Below are positions 1 to 9,273 of a stretch of 34,534 nt of DNA, piece by piece. The DNA comes from a virus (lineage: Duplodnaviria > Caudoviricetes). Positions within the stretch are counted from its first letter, which is position 1. Each line of letters begins with the position of its first letter. A program made the position numbers and the translations under genes. The notes below the pieces were generated by a model that worked only from the letters and a program-made list of their open reading frames with translations, did not search any database and had not been told where the DNA came from. The stretch is taken from positions 1 to 34,534 of IMG/VR virus record IMGVR_UViG_3300012953_000096. One strand, given 5' to 3'.

Positions 1-195
1 CCTAACTGGTTGAAACATCAAGTCCTACCTTTCTTTGGTGAAGGTGAAAGACGATCAATGGCATTTAATTGGAATGTGCGTGATAGTGAACGTGAAGTGA
101 AAAAATACATGAGTGATAATGAGAAGGAAAAATATGATGCAGCTGTGGCCGCAAAAAAAGAGAACTCCAGAGATGGTCAAATCAGAGGACATTGA
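1..195 (+). CDS. 3' part of a putative 2OG-Fe(II) oxygenase-like protein (begins before the window)
   Basis: Frame 1 is open from base 1: PNWLKHQVLPFFGEGERRSMAFNWNV matches the distal His / R-x-S-x-x-FN strand of phage 2OG-Fe(II) oxygenases. Confidence 0.65.
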   Translation, partial: PNWLKHQVLPFFGEGERRSMAFNWNVRDSEREVKKYMSDNEKEKYDAAVAAKKENSRDGQIRGH

Positions 196-466
196 TTACA
201 AATATGGTGAAGGTCAGATTCTAGAAGAGATGAAGACCTATATTGATTCTACCTATGACTCACATTATAGTCAGAATAAGTTTCAGGCAACTGAATTTAT
301 TATGGATAGTGGTCATGGAGAAGGGTTCTGTATCGGGAATATAATGAAATACGCACAACGATACGGAAAAAAGAATGGATACAATAGAAGTGACTTGCTA
401 AAAGTTATTCACTATGGTATTATGGCGTTACATAATCATGATAGGAGCGAAAATGAAATTAAGTAA
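134..466 (+). CDS. DUF3310-like protein (T7 gp1.7 nucleotide-kinase-like family)
   Basis: HYSQ...GFCIGNIMKYAQRYGKKNG...DLLKVIHY signature. Start uncertain (ATG 134 after GAAGGA, or 173). Confidence 0.7.
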   Translation: MMQLWPQKKRTPEMVKSEDIDYKYGEGQILEEMKTYIDSTYDSHYSQNKFQATEFIMDSGHGEGFCIGNIMKYAQRYGKKNGYNRSDLLKVIHYGIMALHNHDRSENEIK

Positions 467-1139
467 TGAAACGGTTACGGTATTGAAGAACTTTTCTACA
501 ATCAACCAAAACCTTGTGATAAAAACAGGTAGTAGTATTTCTACTATGTCTGCAATGAAGAATATCGTTGCAAAGGCAACAGTAAAAGAAGACTTTCCTC
601 AAGAGTTTGCAATCTATGATTTGAATGAATTTCTATCATGTTTGTCACTTTTCGAAAAACCTGATCTGTCTTTTAATGATGACTTTGTTATGATTACAGA
701 AGATGGTAAGACAGGACGATCTCTAAAGTATTGGTATTCTGATCCTTCAGTGGTAACAACACCACAAAAAGAATTGACCATGCCGAACACAGAGGTTAAC
801 TTTGATCTAAGTTCTGGTACTCTCTCAGAAGTACAAAAGGCTGCAGCAGTGATTGGTGCTCCCGATTTGTGTCTTGAGAATAAAGATGTTGGTTCAGCAG
901 TAATTAAGGTTACTGATAAAAAGAACGCAACTGCAAATGACTTTGCACTTTCTGTCGATGTAGATAAGAGTGAAGAGAATGTACCTTATAAGTTCTGGTT
1001 CAAGGTAGAAAATCTTAAACTTATTCCTAGTACATATCGTGTGCAAGTATCTTCAAAAAGTATCAGTACTTTTGTTAATGAAACATTGGGTGTGCAGTAT
1101 TGGATTGCACTGGAACCAGAATCTACTTACAATGCTTAA
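453..1139 (+). CDS. gp45: Sliding clamp (DNA polymerase processivity factor)
   Basis: MKLSNETVTVLKNFSTINQNL...FAIYDLNEFL...YWIALE. SD AGGAG before ATG 453. Directly upstream of gp44. Confidence 0.95.
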   Translation: MKLSNETVTVLKNFSTINQNLVIKTGSSISTMSAMKNIVAKATVKEDFPQEFAIYDLNEFLSCLSLFEKPDLSFNDDFVMITEDGKTGRSLKYWYSDPSVVTTPQKELTMPNTEVNFDLSSGTLSEVQKAAAVIGAPDLCLENKDVGSAVIKVTDKKNATANDFALSVDVDKSEENVPYKFWFKVENLKLIPSTYRVQVSSKSISTFVNETLGVQYWIALEPESTYNA

Positions 1140-1156
1140 TTTGAGGAATTTATATT

Positions 1157-2092
1157 ATGGATACTTTTTTGTGGGTAGAACAATATCGCCCAACGGATGT
1201 GGAGTCATGTGTACTACCTAAACATCTAAGAGATACGTTCTCAGAGTTTGTTGCTCAAGGAGAACTCCCAAACCTAATCTTGTCTGGTGGGCCTGGTGTT
1301 GGTAAAACAACCATCGCAAAGGCAGTACTAGAGGAATTGGGTTCTACATATATGATGGTCAATGGTTCTGAAGAGTCTGGTATTGATGTACTCAGAACTA
1401 AGATTAAAAACTTTGCATCCACTGTCTCTCTTGAGGGTGGACGTAAGTATCTCATTCTAGATGAGGCAGACTATCTAAATCCACAGTCAACTCAACCCGC
1501 CCTTCGTGGTTTCGTGGAAGAGTTTCATAAAAACTGTGGGTTCATCCTAACCTGTAACTACAAGAACCGTTTGATTGAGCCTCTACACTCTCGTTGTAGT
1601 GTTATTGATTTTACGATCCCTAGTGCAGAAAAACCAGAACTTGCAAAACAGTTTATGGGTCGAGTGGAGAACATTCTAAATAAGGAAGAAGTTACTTATG
1701 ACAAGAGAGTTCTTGCTGAAGTTATCAATACTCACTTTCCAGATTGGAGAAGGGTATTAAATGAGTTACAAAGGTATTCTGTTTCTGGAACTATTGATGC
1801 TGGTATTCTAGTAGACCTATCAGAAATTAATACTAAAGAACTCATGGTGTGTATGAAGAATAAGGAGTTCAAAAATGTTCGTAGATGGGTTGTCAATAAT
1901 CTTGATAATGATCCTGTACGTATTTTTAGGAGCGTTTATGATTCTTTGTATGACTATCTGGACAGCAATAGTATTCCCTTGGTTGTTGTGTTATTGGGTG
2001 AGTATCAGTATAAATCAGCGTTTGTCGCAGATCAAGAGATAAACACTCTTGCATTTCTAACGGAAGTCATGGCTAAGGTGAAGTGGAAATGA
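1157..2092 (+). CDS. gp44: Clamp loader large subunit (AAA+)
   Basis: LWVEQYRP, Walker A GGPGVGKTT, Walker B ILDEAD, SRC motif. SD GAGGA. Confidence 0.96.
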   Translation: MDTFLWVEQYRPTDVESCVLPKHLRDTFSEFVAQGELPNLILSGGPGVGKTTIAKAVLEELGSTYMMVNGSEESGIDVLRTKIKNFASTVSLEGGRKYLILDEADYLNPQSTQPALRGFVEEFHKNCGFILTCNYKNRLIEPLHSRCSVIDFTIPSAEKPELAKQFMGRVENILNKEEVTYDKRVLAEVINTHFPDWRRVLNELQRYSVSGTIDAGILVDLSEINTKELMVCMKNKEFKNVRRWVVNNLDNDPVRIFRSVYDSLYDYLDSNSIPLVVVLLGEYQYKSAFVADQEINTLAFLTEVMAKVKWK

Positions 2093-2646
2093 GTAAGGTC
2101 ATAGATGTTTTTGATGATGTTTTAGAAGAACACAATGCAATACTTATTGAACAGGAATTAAAAAGTATTTCTTGGAAATATGATTATCCCTCAAAAATAG
2201 GAGAGGTGAATAAACACTGGCATGTTCTTTGCGGTCATAATAAACAAGACTGCGAAGATAAAGACTATGCATGGGCAGATCAAATGTTTGATTTCATAAA
2301 AACTGGATTGAACTTTGAGGAGAAGTATTCTGTACTAGATTATGAAAGAATATATTGTAATGCTCACACTCATGGACTAGAACCACATATGCATGTAGAT
2401 GATGGTGACTTTACCATGATATATTATCCAAGACTTGATTGGAAAACCGATGCATGGGGTGGTGGCACTTTGATTGATGGTCAACTAGTTCCATATAAGG
2501 GCAATCGGTTGGTGGTCTTTGATGCATATCTAAAACATAAAGCAATGCCTGTATCTAGAGAGTGTTATGAACTTAGAAGTGTGGTTGTATTTAAATCAAA
2601 TGTAAAGGCTGGTAATCGTGACCGACTCGATTTCTACAAAGATTAA
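2089..2646 (+). CDS. 2OG-Fe(II) oxygenase (prolyl-hydroxylase-like)
   Basis: HVD...WGGGT...GNRLVVFD...HKA...R-S motifs. ATG overlaps the gp44 stop (ATGA). Confidence 0.85.
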   Translation: MSKVIDVFDDVLEEHNAILIEQELKSISWKYDYPSKIGEVNKHWHVLCGHNKQDCEDKDYAWADQMFDFIKTGLNFEEKYSVLDYERIYCNAHTHGLEPHMHVDDGDFTMIYYPRLDWKTDAWGGGTLIDGQLVPYKGNRLVVFDAYLKHKAMPVSRECYELRSVVVFKSNVKAGNRDRLDFYKD

Positions 2647-3022
2647 ATTCTTAGAGTCGATAGGATGTGGAGAAACTACACACCAAGACAGAACTCTTTT
2701 ACAACACTTAATAGATACGTATGAACTTCTGAAAGATAGTCCTAGACATATTGCTCTTGCTGGTTTGTTTCATTCAGTATATGGAACTGCATACTTCAAA
2801 CCAAAAACAATATCCCTAGATAATAGAGATGTTGTGAGAGACATTATTGGTGAGGAAGCAGAGAACTTAGCATTTATGTTCTGTACAATACCACATCCAA
2901 GAGGTGTTAATATTTGGACTATAGAAGATACAAAACTACGTGATGAACTTATGATGATTGAAAATGCAAATCAATTATCACAATATTCTAATCATGAAAG
3001 GTTAGATTTTTATAATGTATGA
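2618..3022 (+). CDS. HD-like metal-binding protein (DUF6817-like)
   Basis: HQDRTLLQHLIDTYELL...LAGLFHSVYGT...IGEEAENLAFMFC pattern. GTG start is uncertain. Confidence 0.65.
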   Translation: MTDSISTKIKFLESIGCGETTHQDRTLLQHLIDTYELLKDSPRHIALAGLFHSVYGTAYFKPKTISLDNRDVVRDIIGEEAENLAFMFCTIPHPRGVNIWTIEDTKLRDELMMIENANQLSQYSNHERLDFYNV

Positions 3023-3410
3023 ATTAAAAGACTATCTAAACGCAATAAATAATACTAAAGAAAATATACTAGATACAGAGGATGAACAGTGGGAAAAGAA
3101 GTATGCCCCATTCATTGTCAACAAATGTGTTGCACCATTTACCGATACCCTTATATTGGTGAATGAAATAAACCAACTACATCATCTTGATAAGAAACTT
3201 CAATTTGACTATTTACTAAATAGTATACGTCCAAGAAAGAGATTTACTCCTTGGGTGAAGGCGAAGAAATTGAAGAATCTAGAGTATGTTAAAGAGTTCT
3301 ATGGATACAACAATCAAAAGGCAAAGGTTGCTCTTGAACTACTAGATGAGAAACAGATTTCCGCTATAAAAGAAAAGTTAAACAAAGGTGGAAGAAATGG
3401 AAGAAGTTAG
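3015..3410 (+). CDS. gp62: Clamp loader small subunit
   Basis: YAPFIVNKC...NEINQLHHLDKKLQFDYLLNSIRPRKRF...VKEFYGYNNQKA. Lies upstream of regA. Confidence 0.92.
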   Translation: MYELKDYLNAINNTKENILDTEDEQWEKKYAPFIVNKCVAPFTDTLILVNEINQLHHLDKKLQFDYLLNSIRPRKRFTPWVKAKKLKNLEYVKEFYGYNNQKAKVALELLDEKQISAIKEKLNKGGRNGRS

Positions 3411-3798
3411 TTGGACGCAAGAGCAGATGCTCGAAGTATCTTTAAAGGAACCAGATGATTTCCTTAAAGTACGAGAGACTCTATCTCGTATCGGTGTCGC
3501 CTCTAGAAAAGAGAGAAAATTATATCAATCCTGTCATATCCTACACAAACAAGGACGTTACTTTATAGTACATTTTAAGGAACTCTTTGCACTGGATGGC
3601 AAGGATACGAATCTATCGGAAAATGATATCTCACGTAGAAACACAATTACAAACCTACTTAAAGATTGGGGTCTTGTAGAAATTGTTGGAGAACTTGGTG
3701 AGTTAGCTCCCCTAAGTCAAATTAAGGTATTATCGTTTAGTGAGAAAGATTCGTGGCAATTAGAAGCAAAATACAATATTGGTAAAAAAACAACTTGA
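3397..3798 (+). CDS. regA: Translational repressor RegA
   Basis: PDDFLKVRETLSRIGVASRKERKLYQSCHILHKQGRYFIVHFKELFALDG signature. Confidence 0.96.
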   Translation: MEEVSWTQEQMLEVSLKEPDDFLKVRETLSRIGVASRKERKLYQSCHILHKQGRYFIVHFKELFALDGKDTNLSENDISRRNTITNLLKDWGLVEIVGELGELAPLSQIKVLSFSEKDSWQLEAKYNIGKKTT

Positions 3799-3823
3799 CA
3801 TTTTTGAATAGGTGTGATATAAC
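3795..3823 (+). promoter_or_regulatory. Sigma70-type promoter of gp43
   Basis: TTGACA (3795-3800), 17 bp spacer, TG extended -10, TATAAC (3818-3823). Confidence 0.8.
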
Positions 3824-3829
3824 TACATT

Positions 3830-6319
3830 ATGAGTTTTTATACAAATGTTATGCAATGGGGCAACTTCATTCTTTTACGTGAAGTGGTCAACGGTGAACG
3901 TAAGAACAGGAGAATTAAATATTCTCCAACACTTTTTGCGTCTGTAGAAAAACCCACAAAATACCAGACTTTACATGGTGGATATGTAACTCCTGTAGTT
4001 CATCCTACCATGAAGGAAGCAAAAGAGTGGGTATCCCAATATGCAGATCAGCACGATGTGATTCACGGTAATACGCAATATCCATATTGTTTTTTATCCG
4101 ACACATTTAAGGGTGATGTCGATTGGGACATGGATCAATTATTGATGGTGACCATTGATATTGAAGTTCAGTGTGAAAACGGTTTCCCCTCACCATCTCT
4201 TGCTGAAGAAGAGATGTTATCTATAACAATTAAGAACCATCAATCTAAACGTATTGTTGTGTTTGGTATTGGTGACTTTGTGACAGATCGTGAGGACATT
4301 ACATATATCAAGTGCGAGAGTGAGATACATCTTCTAAAAGAGTTTCTAGTATTTTGGGAGAAACATCATCCTGACATCGTGACTGGCTGGAATACTGAGT
4401 TCTTTGATATTCCCTATATCTGTAATCGTATCAAGAAACTATTTGGTGAAGATGAACTCAAACGTCTATCCCCTTGGGGTGGAGTTCAAGATAGAGAGGT
4501 CTACAATAGAGGTAGGCATCATCAAGTGTATAACATACAAGGTATTGCTGCTCTAGACTATTATGATCTCTATCGTAAGTTTACGTATGTAACTCAAGAG
4601 TCGTATCGACTTGATCATATCGCATTTGTAGAACTTGGTGAACGCAAGGATGGTAATCCATTTGAAACTTTTCGTGAATGGTACGAAAAGGATTATCAGT
4701 CCTTTATTGAATACAACATTACAGACGTTGAACTGGTTGATAAACTAGAGGATAAGTTAAAACTAATTGAACTGTGTTTGACTATGGCATATGATGCAAA
4801 GGTTAACTACACAGATGTTCTAGGGACTGTTCGTTATTGGGATATATTGATATACAATTATCTCAAGGGTAAGAACATTGTTATTCCTATGAAGAACCCT
4901 CATCAAAAGAAGGCTGAGAAGTTTGAAGGTGCCTATGTTAAAGACCCACTTGTTGGTATGCACAAATGGGTAATGTCTTTCGATCTAAATAGTCTATATC
5001 CACATTTAATTATGCAGTATAATATCTCTCCAGAAACACTACTACCTCAAAGTGAGAGTAAGGTTTCGGTTGATAAGATATTGGAAGGTAAGGTTAAGAA
5101 TACTTCTAATTGTTGCATGACTCCTAACGGTGCATTTTTTAGAAAGGATAAACGTGGTTTTCTTCCAGAGTTAATGGAGACTATCTATGAAGATCGTACA
5201 AAATATAAAAAACTTATGTTGGACGCTGAACAATCGTATGAGGACACTAAGGATAAAAAACTCCTTAAAACCATTTCCCGATATAACAACATCCAAATGG
5301 CGAAAAAGATTTCACTCAATAGTGCGTATGGGGCAATTGGGAATAATTGGTTCCGCTATTTTGATCTGCAAAATGCTGAAGCAATTACAACATCTGGTCA
5401 GTTGTCTATTCGTTGGATTGAGAAATCTCTTAATGCCTATCTTAACAAGATTATGGAAACTGACAAAGAAGATTATGTCATCGCTTCAGACACGGATTCG
5501 GTTTACATTACGTTTGAATCTCTTGTCAGCAAAGTGTTTGGTGAATCACCAGAAACTAGGAAGGTGGTCGAATTCTTGGATAAAGTGGCAACTGATAAGT
5601 TGGAACCATTTATTAATAAGTCTTATAAATCTCTGGCTGAACTCATGGGAGCATATGAGCAAAAGATGTTCATGGCGAGGGAAGTCATCGCAGACAAAGG
5701 TATCTGGACAGCAAAAAAACGATATATCCTAAACGTACATAACAGTGAAGGTGTGCAGTATAACGAACCTAAACTGAAGATGATGGGTATTGAAGCAGTT
5801 AAGTCCTCAACTCCCTCTGCTTGTCGGGAGAAGATTAAAGAGGCATTGGACATTATCATGAATGGTAATGAGAAACTGCTAAATACTTTTATACAGGACT
5901 TTCGAAAAGATTTCATGAAACTTGATCCAGAACAAATTGCATATCCTAGAAGTTGTAATGGTCTTTCAAAGTGGACAGAGAGTCACAATCTATTTAAGAA
6001 GGGTGCTCCTATACATATCAAAGGCGGTATACTATATAATCATCTGGTAAACAAACATAAGCTAGGTAACAAGTATCCTAACATCCAAGAGGGTGACAAG
6101 ATTAAGTTTTTACATTTACGACAACCAAATCTATATCAATCATCTGCATTTTCTTTTATAACAGAATTACCAAGGGAACTTGACATTATGGACATAGTAG
6201 ACTATGATGAACAATTCGATAAGAGTTTTAGTCTTCCAATTCAAATTATCACTGAGAAAATGAATTGGTTGATAGATAATAGTTATGGGACACAAGGAAG
6301 TTTGGAGGATTTTTTTTGA
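3830..6319 (+). CDS. gp43: Family B DNA polymerase
   Basis: Exo motifs DIE and GWNTEFFD; pol motifs SFDLNSLYPH, KISLNSAYG, SDTDS, KKRY. 829 aa, no visible intein. Confidence 0.98.
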   Translation: MSFYTNVMQWGNFILLREVVNGERKNRRIKYSPTLFASVEKPTKYQTLHGGYVTPVVHPTMKEAKEWVSQYADQHDVIHGNTQYPYCFLSDTFKGDVDWDMDQLLMVTIDIEVQCENGFPSPSLAEEEMLSITIKNHQSKRIVVFGIGDFVTDREDITYIKCESEIHLLKEFLVFWEKHHPDIVTGWNTEFFDIPYICNRIKKLFGEDELKRLSPWGGVQDREVYNRGRHHQVYNIQGIAALDYYDLYRKFTYVTQESYRLDHIAFVELGERKDGNPFETFREWYEKDYQSFIEYNITDVELVDKLEDKLKLIELCLTMAYDAKVNYTDVLGTVRYWDILIYNYLKGKNIVIPMKNPHQKKAEKFEGAYVKDPLVGMHKWVMSFDLNSLYPHLIMQYNISPETLLPQSESKVSVDKILEGKVKNTSNCCMTPNGAFFRKDKRGFLPELMETIYEDRTKYKKLMLDAEQSYEDTKDKKLLKTISRYNNIQMAKKISLNSAYGAIGNNWFRYFDLQNAEAITTSGQLSIRWIEKSLNAYLNKIMETDKEDYVIASDTDSVYITFESLVSKVFGESPETRKVVEFLDKVATDKLEPFINKSYKSLAELMGAYEQKMFMAREVIADKGIWTAKKRYILNVHNSEGVQYNEPKLKMMGIEAVKSSTPSACREKIKEALDIIMNGNEKLLNTFIQDFRKDFMKLDPEQIAYPRSCNGLSKWTESHNLFKKGAPIHIKGGILYNHLVNKHKLGNKYPNIQEGDKIKFLHLRQPNLYQSSAFSFITELPRELDIMDIVDYDEQFDKSFSLPIQIITEKMNWLIDNSYGTQGSLEDFF

Positions 6320-7644
6320 AGAAGTTATTACCAGAAAGATTGAAGTTACCACTCACAGACCCATTTCATAGTGTCGATGAACATAACGAAGAGCTCTATC
6401 AATTCTTATCTAATAATTTAGATAGTGGTGGAAGACCTACTTTGGATGATATTCAGTTTGTAAAAACAACTGACAAGTATGGTAGAATGGTTTTTCGTAG
6501 AACTCTTGCAGACTATATCACAAGAGAGAAACCAGACTTTCCTTTTAAGACTTGGACTGATGAAGAGGTAATTAAGAAGTTTCAAGGTCTTGTATCATAT
6601 GATTGGACAAAGTGGATATCAAAACGTGATAAAGAAGATGTGTTAGAAAAGTATGATGATTACAAGTATCCTTATAGTGAATACGGACTAGGTGTTATTG
6701 ATGCTCCACCCATATTCAATTCTATAAGTGATTCGTTTATGAATCCTCTAAGACTTGCATGTGGTTCTTACGGTTATAAATCTCCAGTACAGAGATGGAA
6801 TGAAGGTGATAATATCTGGGGTGTATTCGGGCCTATGTGGAGAGGTATCAACGACACTTGTGAGTTGAATCATATAACCTATTTGGGTGCATTTAGACTT
6901 GGAACTTATATTGCAACACAATTCAAACCTACAGTTGCAAAAACAATCTATGAGATGACAGATGCAAAGACTGTACTTGATACTTCTATGGGATGGGGTG
7001 ACAGACTAACAGGGTTCTTTGCCTCTAATGCAAAAACTTACATAGGGTGTGATCCTAATCCAAATACATTTGCAAAATATAAAGAGATGGTTGCATTTTA
7101 TGATAAACTTACTGGTGGTAAGAAAACTGTTAGAATGTATAACTGTGGTGCAGAAGACTTACCTTGGGACGAAATTAAAGACGTAGATTGCTCATTCACT
7201 TCCCCACCTTATTTTAGCACTGAGCGTTACAATGAAGGTGGTGAGAAAGAAGAACTACAATCTTGGGCAAAGTTTGATGAATATGACAGGTGGAGAGATG
7301 AATTCTATCTACCAGTTGCAGAGAATAGTTTTAACTCATTGAGTGATAAAGGTCATCTTCTAGTTAACATCTTAGACCCTCAGATTAAAAAGGTACGCTA
7401 CCGTTCTGGGGATGAATTAGTCGATCATCTTAAAGATCATTTCATGGGTCAGGTTGGGATGCGTATTCAGCAACGTAGTCAAGGGAAGTCAGTTTTCAAA
7501 GATGAAAAAGGTAACTTCGATAAGGAAGCTATGACAAAATTTATGGATAAAGTTTATATAGAGAATGTATGGTACTTCTCTAAAGACAAGAACAGTGATA
7601 TTTTTAAACACACAAGAACAGGAACATTGGAGGATTTTTTATAA
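6316..7644 (+). CDS. DNA amino-methyltransferase (N6A/N4C; SAM-binding motif precedes SPPY)
   Basis: LDTSMGWGDRL (motif I), YIGCDPN, TSPPYF (motif IV). TTG start 7 nt after GGAGG. Confidence 0.8.
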   Translation: MKKLLPERLKLPLTDPFHSVDEHNEELYQFLSNNLDSGGRPTLDDIQFVKTTDKYGRMVFRRTLADYITREKPDFPFKTWTDEEVIKKFQGLVSYDWTKWISKRDKEDVLEKYDDYKYPYSEYGLGVIDAPPIFNSISDSFMNPLRLACGSYGYKSPVQRWNEGDNIWGVFGPMWRGINDTCELNHITYLGAFRLGTYIATQFKPTVAKTIYEMTDAKTVLDTSMGWGDRLTGFFASNAKTYIGCDPNPNTFAKYKEMVAFYDKLTGGKKTVRMYNCGAEDLPWDEIKDVDCSFTSPPYFSTERYNEGGEKEELQSWAKFDEYDRWRDEFYLPVAENSFNSLSDKGHLLVNILDPQIKKVRYRSGDELVDHLKDHFMGQVGMRIQQRSQGKSVFKDEKGNFDKEAMTKFMDKVYIENVWYFSKDKNSDIFKHTRTGTLEDFL

Positions 7645-8693
7645 TGAGTATGATATCAATAGATGATTATACAGTACCCCCTAACATGCCAGAAGCAAGA
7701 GGTATGAGGGTTATTGGTGTATTTCCAGAGTTTGATTATGTAAATAGTCTAGCAAATGGATATGGCACTAATATCGCAAAAGAAGAGGGTGTTGACGAAG
7801 TAGTAAGGGATACAATTAGGGGTGCAATTAAAGATGAACAATGGAAACCAGCGCATTATAATAAACCAGCAACTATGGAAAAAACAGATGTTGAAGGTAT
7901 TAATAATTTATTAACTGGTTTTACAACATTGGCTGCACACATAGGTCTAGTACCTACCATGTTTATCTATTTGGTAGAGTTTTTTGACGCACCAGATCAT
8001 AATGGTGTCATGCAAACAGCAGATTATTGGAGAAGGGCATGGAGAACAAAGGAAAATGTTGAAGAAAAATATGATCATATAAAAAGTAAATACAAAAAGA
8101 AAAATATTTTAAGGGGAGCTGCAGACCTTTTAAACTTAGGTTCTTATACTCCAAATGATGAAGGTGTATATCAAAGAAGTAATATTGTAGCAGTATTAAA
8201 GTCAATTGGTATTGCAAATCCAACTGATACTTGGGTTAATGATGTAAGAGAAAACATAAATCCTTCCGTGGGTGTTATGACAAACGCTGATGATTTTGAT
8301 GTTTCTGATAACCCCAAGTTGAAAAAATCTGTGATAATAGAAACAAAAACTTTTGGTCAAAAATCCGATCCAAAAATGGACTCACAAACTGTGGATGCTT
8401 TAGAAGAACAAATTGTCAATCAGAGTAAGGTAATTGAAAAAAAGTTGAAAAATGACGAAAAGTTTGATATTACTGTTGTTGGTAAAACACTAGGTGTTAG
8501 GATTGAAAAAGCAGATGAAATTAGAGAAATAAAGCCTTCCATAATTTTGGATATTTACAAAAAGAGGTATAACAACTATATGGTTATTGATAATTTGATA
8601 AAGAATCATGGTTTTGATTTAGAAGAAGCTTTACAATTTATGTGGCGTGGACAAAAACCAGATGAAGAGTCTGGAGAAATTTATGTTGCTTGA
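7644..8693 (+). CDS. Hypothetical protein, possible degenerate ParB/Srx-like N-terminal domain
   Basis: 349 aa ORF coupled by TAATG. IRGAIKDEQWKP...NLLTGFTTLAAH resembles the ParB core but lacks GxxR. Confidence 0.55.
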   Translation: MSMISIDDYTVPPNMPEARGMRVIGVFPEFDYVNSLANGYGTNIAKEEGVDEVVRDTIRGAIKDEQWKPAHYNKPATMEKTDVEGINNLLTGFTTLAAHIGLVPTMFIYLVEFFDAPDHNGVMQTADYWRRAWRTKENVEEKYDHIKSKYKKKNILRGAADLLNLGSYTPNDEGVYQRSNIVAVLKSIGIANPTDTWVNDVRENINPSVGVMTNADDFDVSDNPKLKKSVIIETKTFGQKSDPKMDSQTVDALEEQIVNQSKVIEKKLKNDEKFDITVVGKTLGVRIEKADEIREIKPSIILDIYKKRYNNYMVIDNLIKNHGFDLEEALQFMWRGQKPDEESGEIYVA

Positions 8694-9273
8694 AGAAGAA
8701 TATAAAAGAGGTGTTGAACTTGCTTGTGAACAAGCCTTTAAACTTTTAAAAAATAGTTTAGAAGAATGGGATACTAAAGACCCTACAGATCAATATTATT
8801 ATCGACAAAATATATCAATGATGTTTTATAATCTTGTTTTTAAATATGGTTCGAACATATCTGGATATTGTGAGAATGGTGCTGAGAGAAATTGTGATGA
8901 CCATTTTATGTCTCCAAGAATGGGTTGTTATGCGATAATGAATAAGAATAGAACTTTGTTAGATAATTATGAAAAGTTTAAAGAGTTCTTTTATTTGTTA
9001 CGGTTAACAATAAAAATTTTAAAAAGTAAAAATGATAGCGATGAAATAAAATTTGTTAATGATATTAAAACTGGTATCGTAGTAAAAAACTTAACTATTG
9101 ATAAGTATGATTTAATTGTAGACAATTGGACTTATGTTGAGGGTAGTGGAAGACATAGATCAGTACAACCCTTAGACCCAAAGGATGGATTTCCATTAAA
9201 GAGTTTAGTTCCAGATTTCTTCACAGCTGAAGAGAAAGAATACCACACACCAGTTGGACGCTTAGATGTATGA
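8683..9273 (+). CDS. Hypothetical protein, possible His-Me finger nuclease-like
   Basis: ATG 8683 after GGAG. CDDHFMSP...TIKILKSKN is weakly reminiscent of DHxxP...N HNH-like cores. Confidence 0.5.
   Translation: MLLEEEYKRGVELACEQAFKLLKNSLEEWDTKDPTDQYYYRQNISMMFYNLVFKYGSNISGYCENGAERNCDDHFMSPRMGCYAIMNKNRTLLDNYEKFKEFFYLLRLTIKILKSKNDSDEIKFVNDIKTGIVVKNLTIDKYDLIVDNWTYVEGSGRHRSVQPLDPKDGFPLKSLVPDFFTAEEKEYHTPVGRLDV

Noticed and set aside
5187-5732. 181 aa alternative-frame ORF inside gp43
   Set aside because: No motif or SD; a shadow of the polymerase codon bias.
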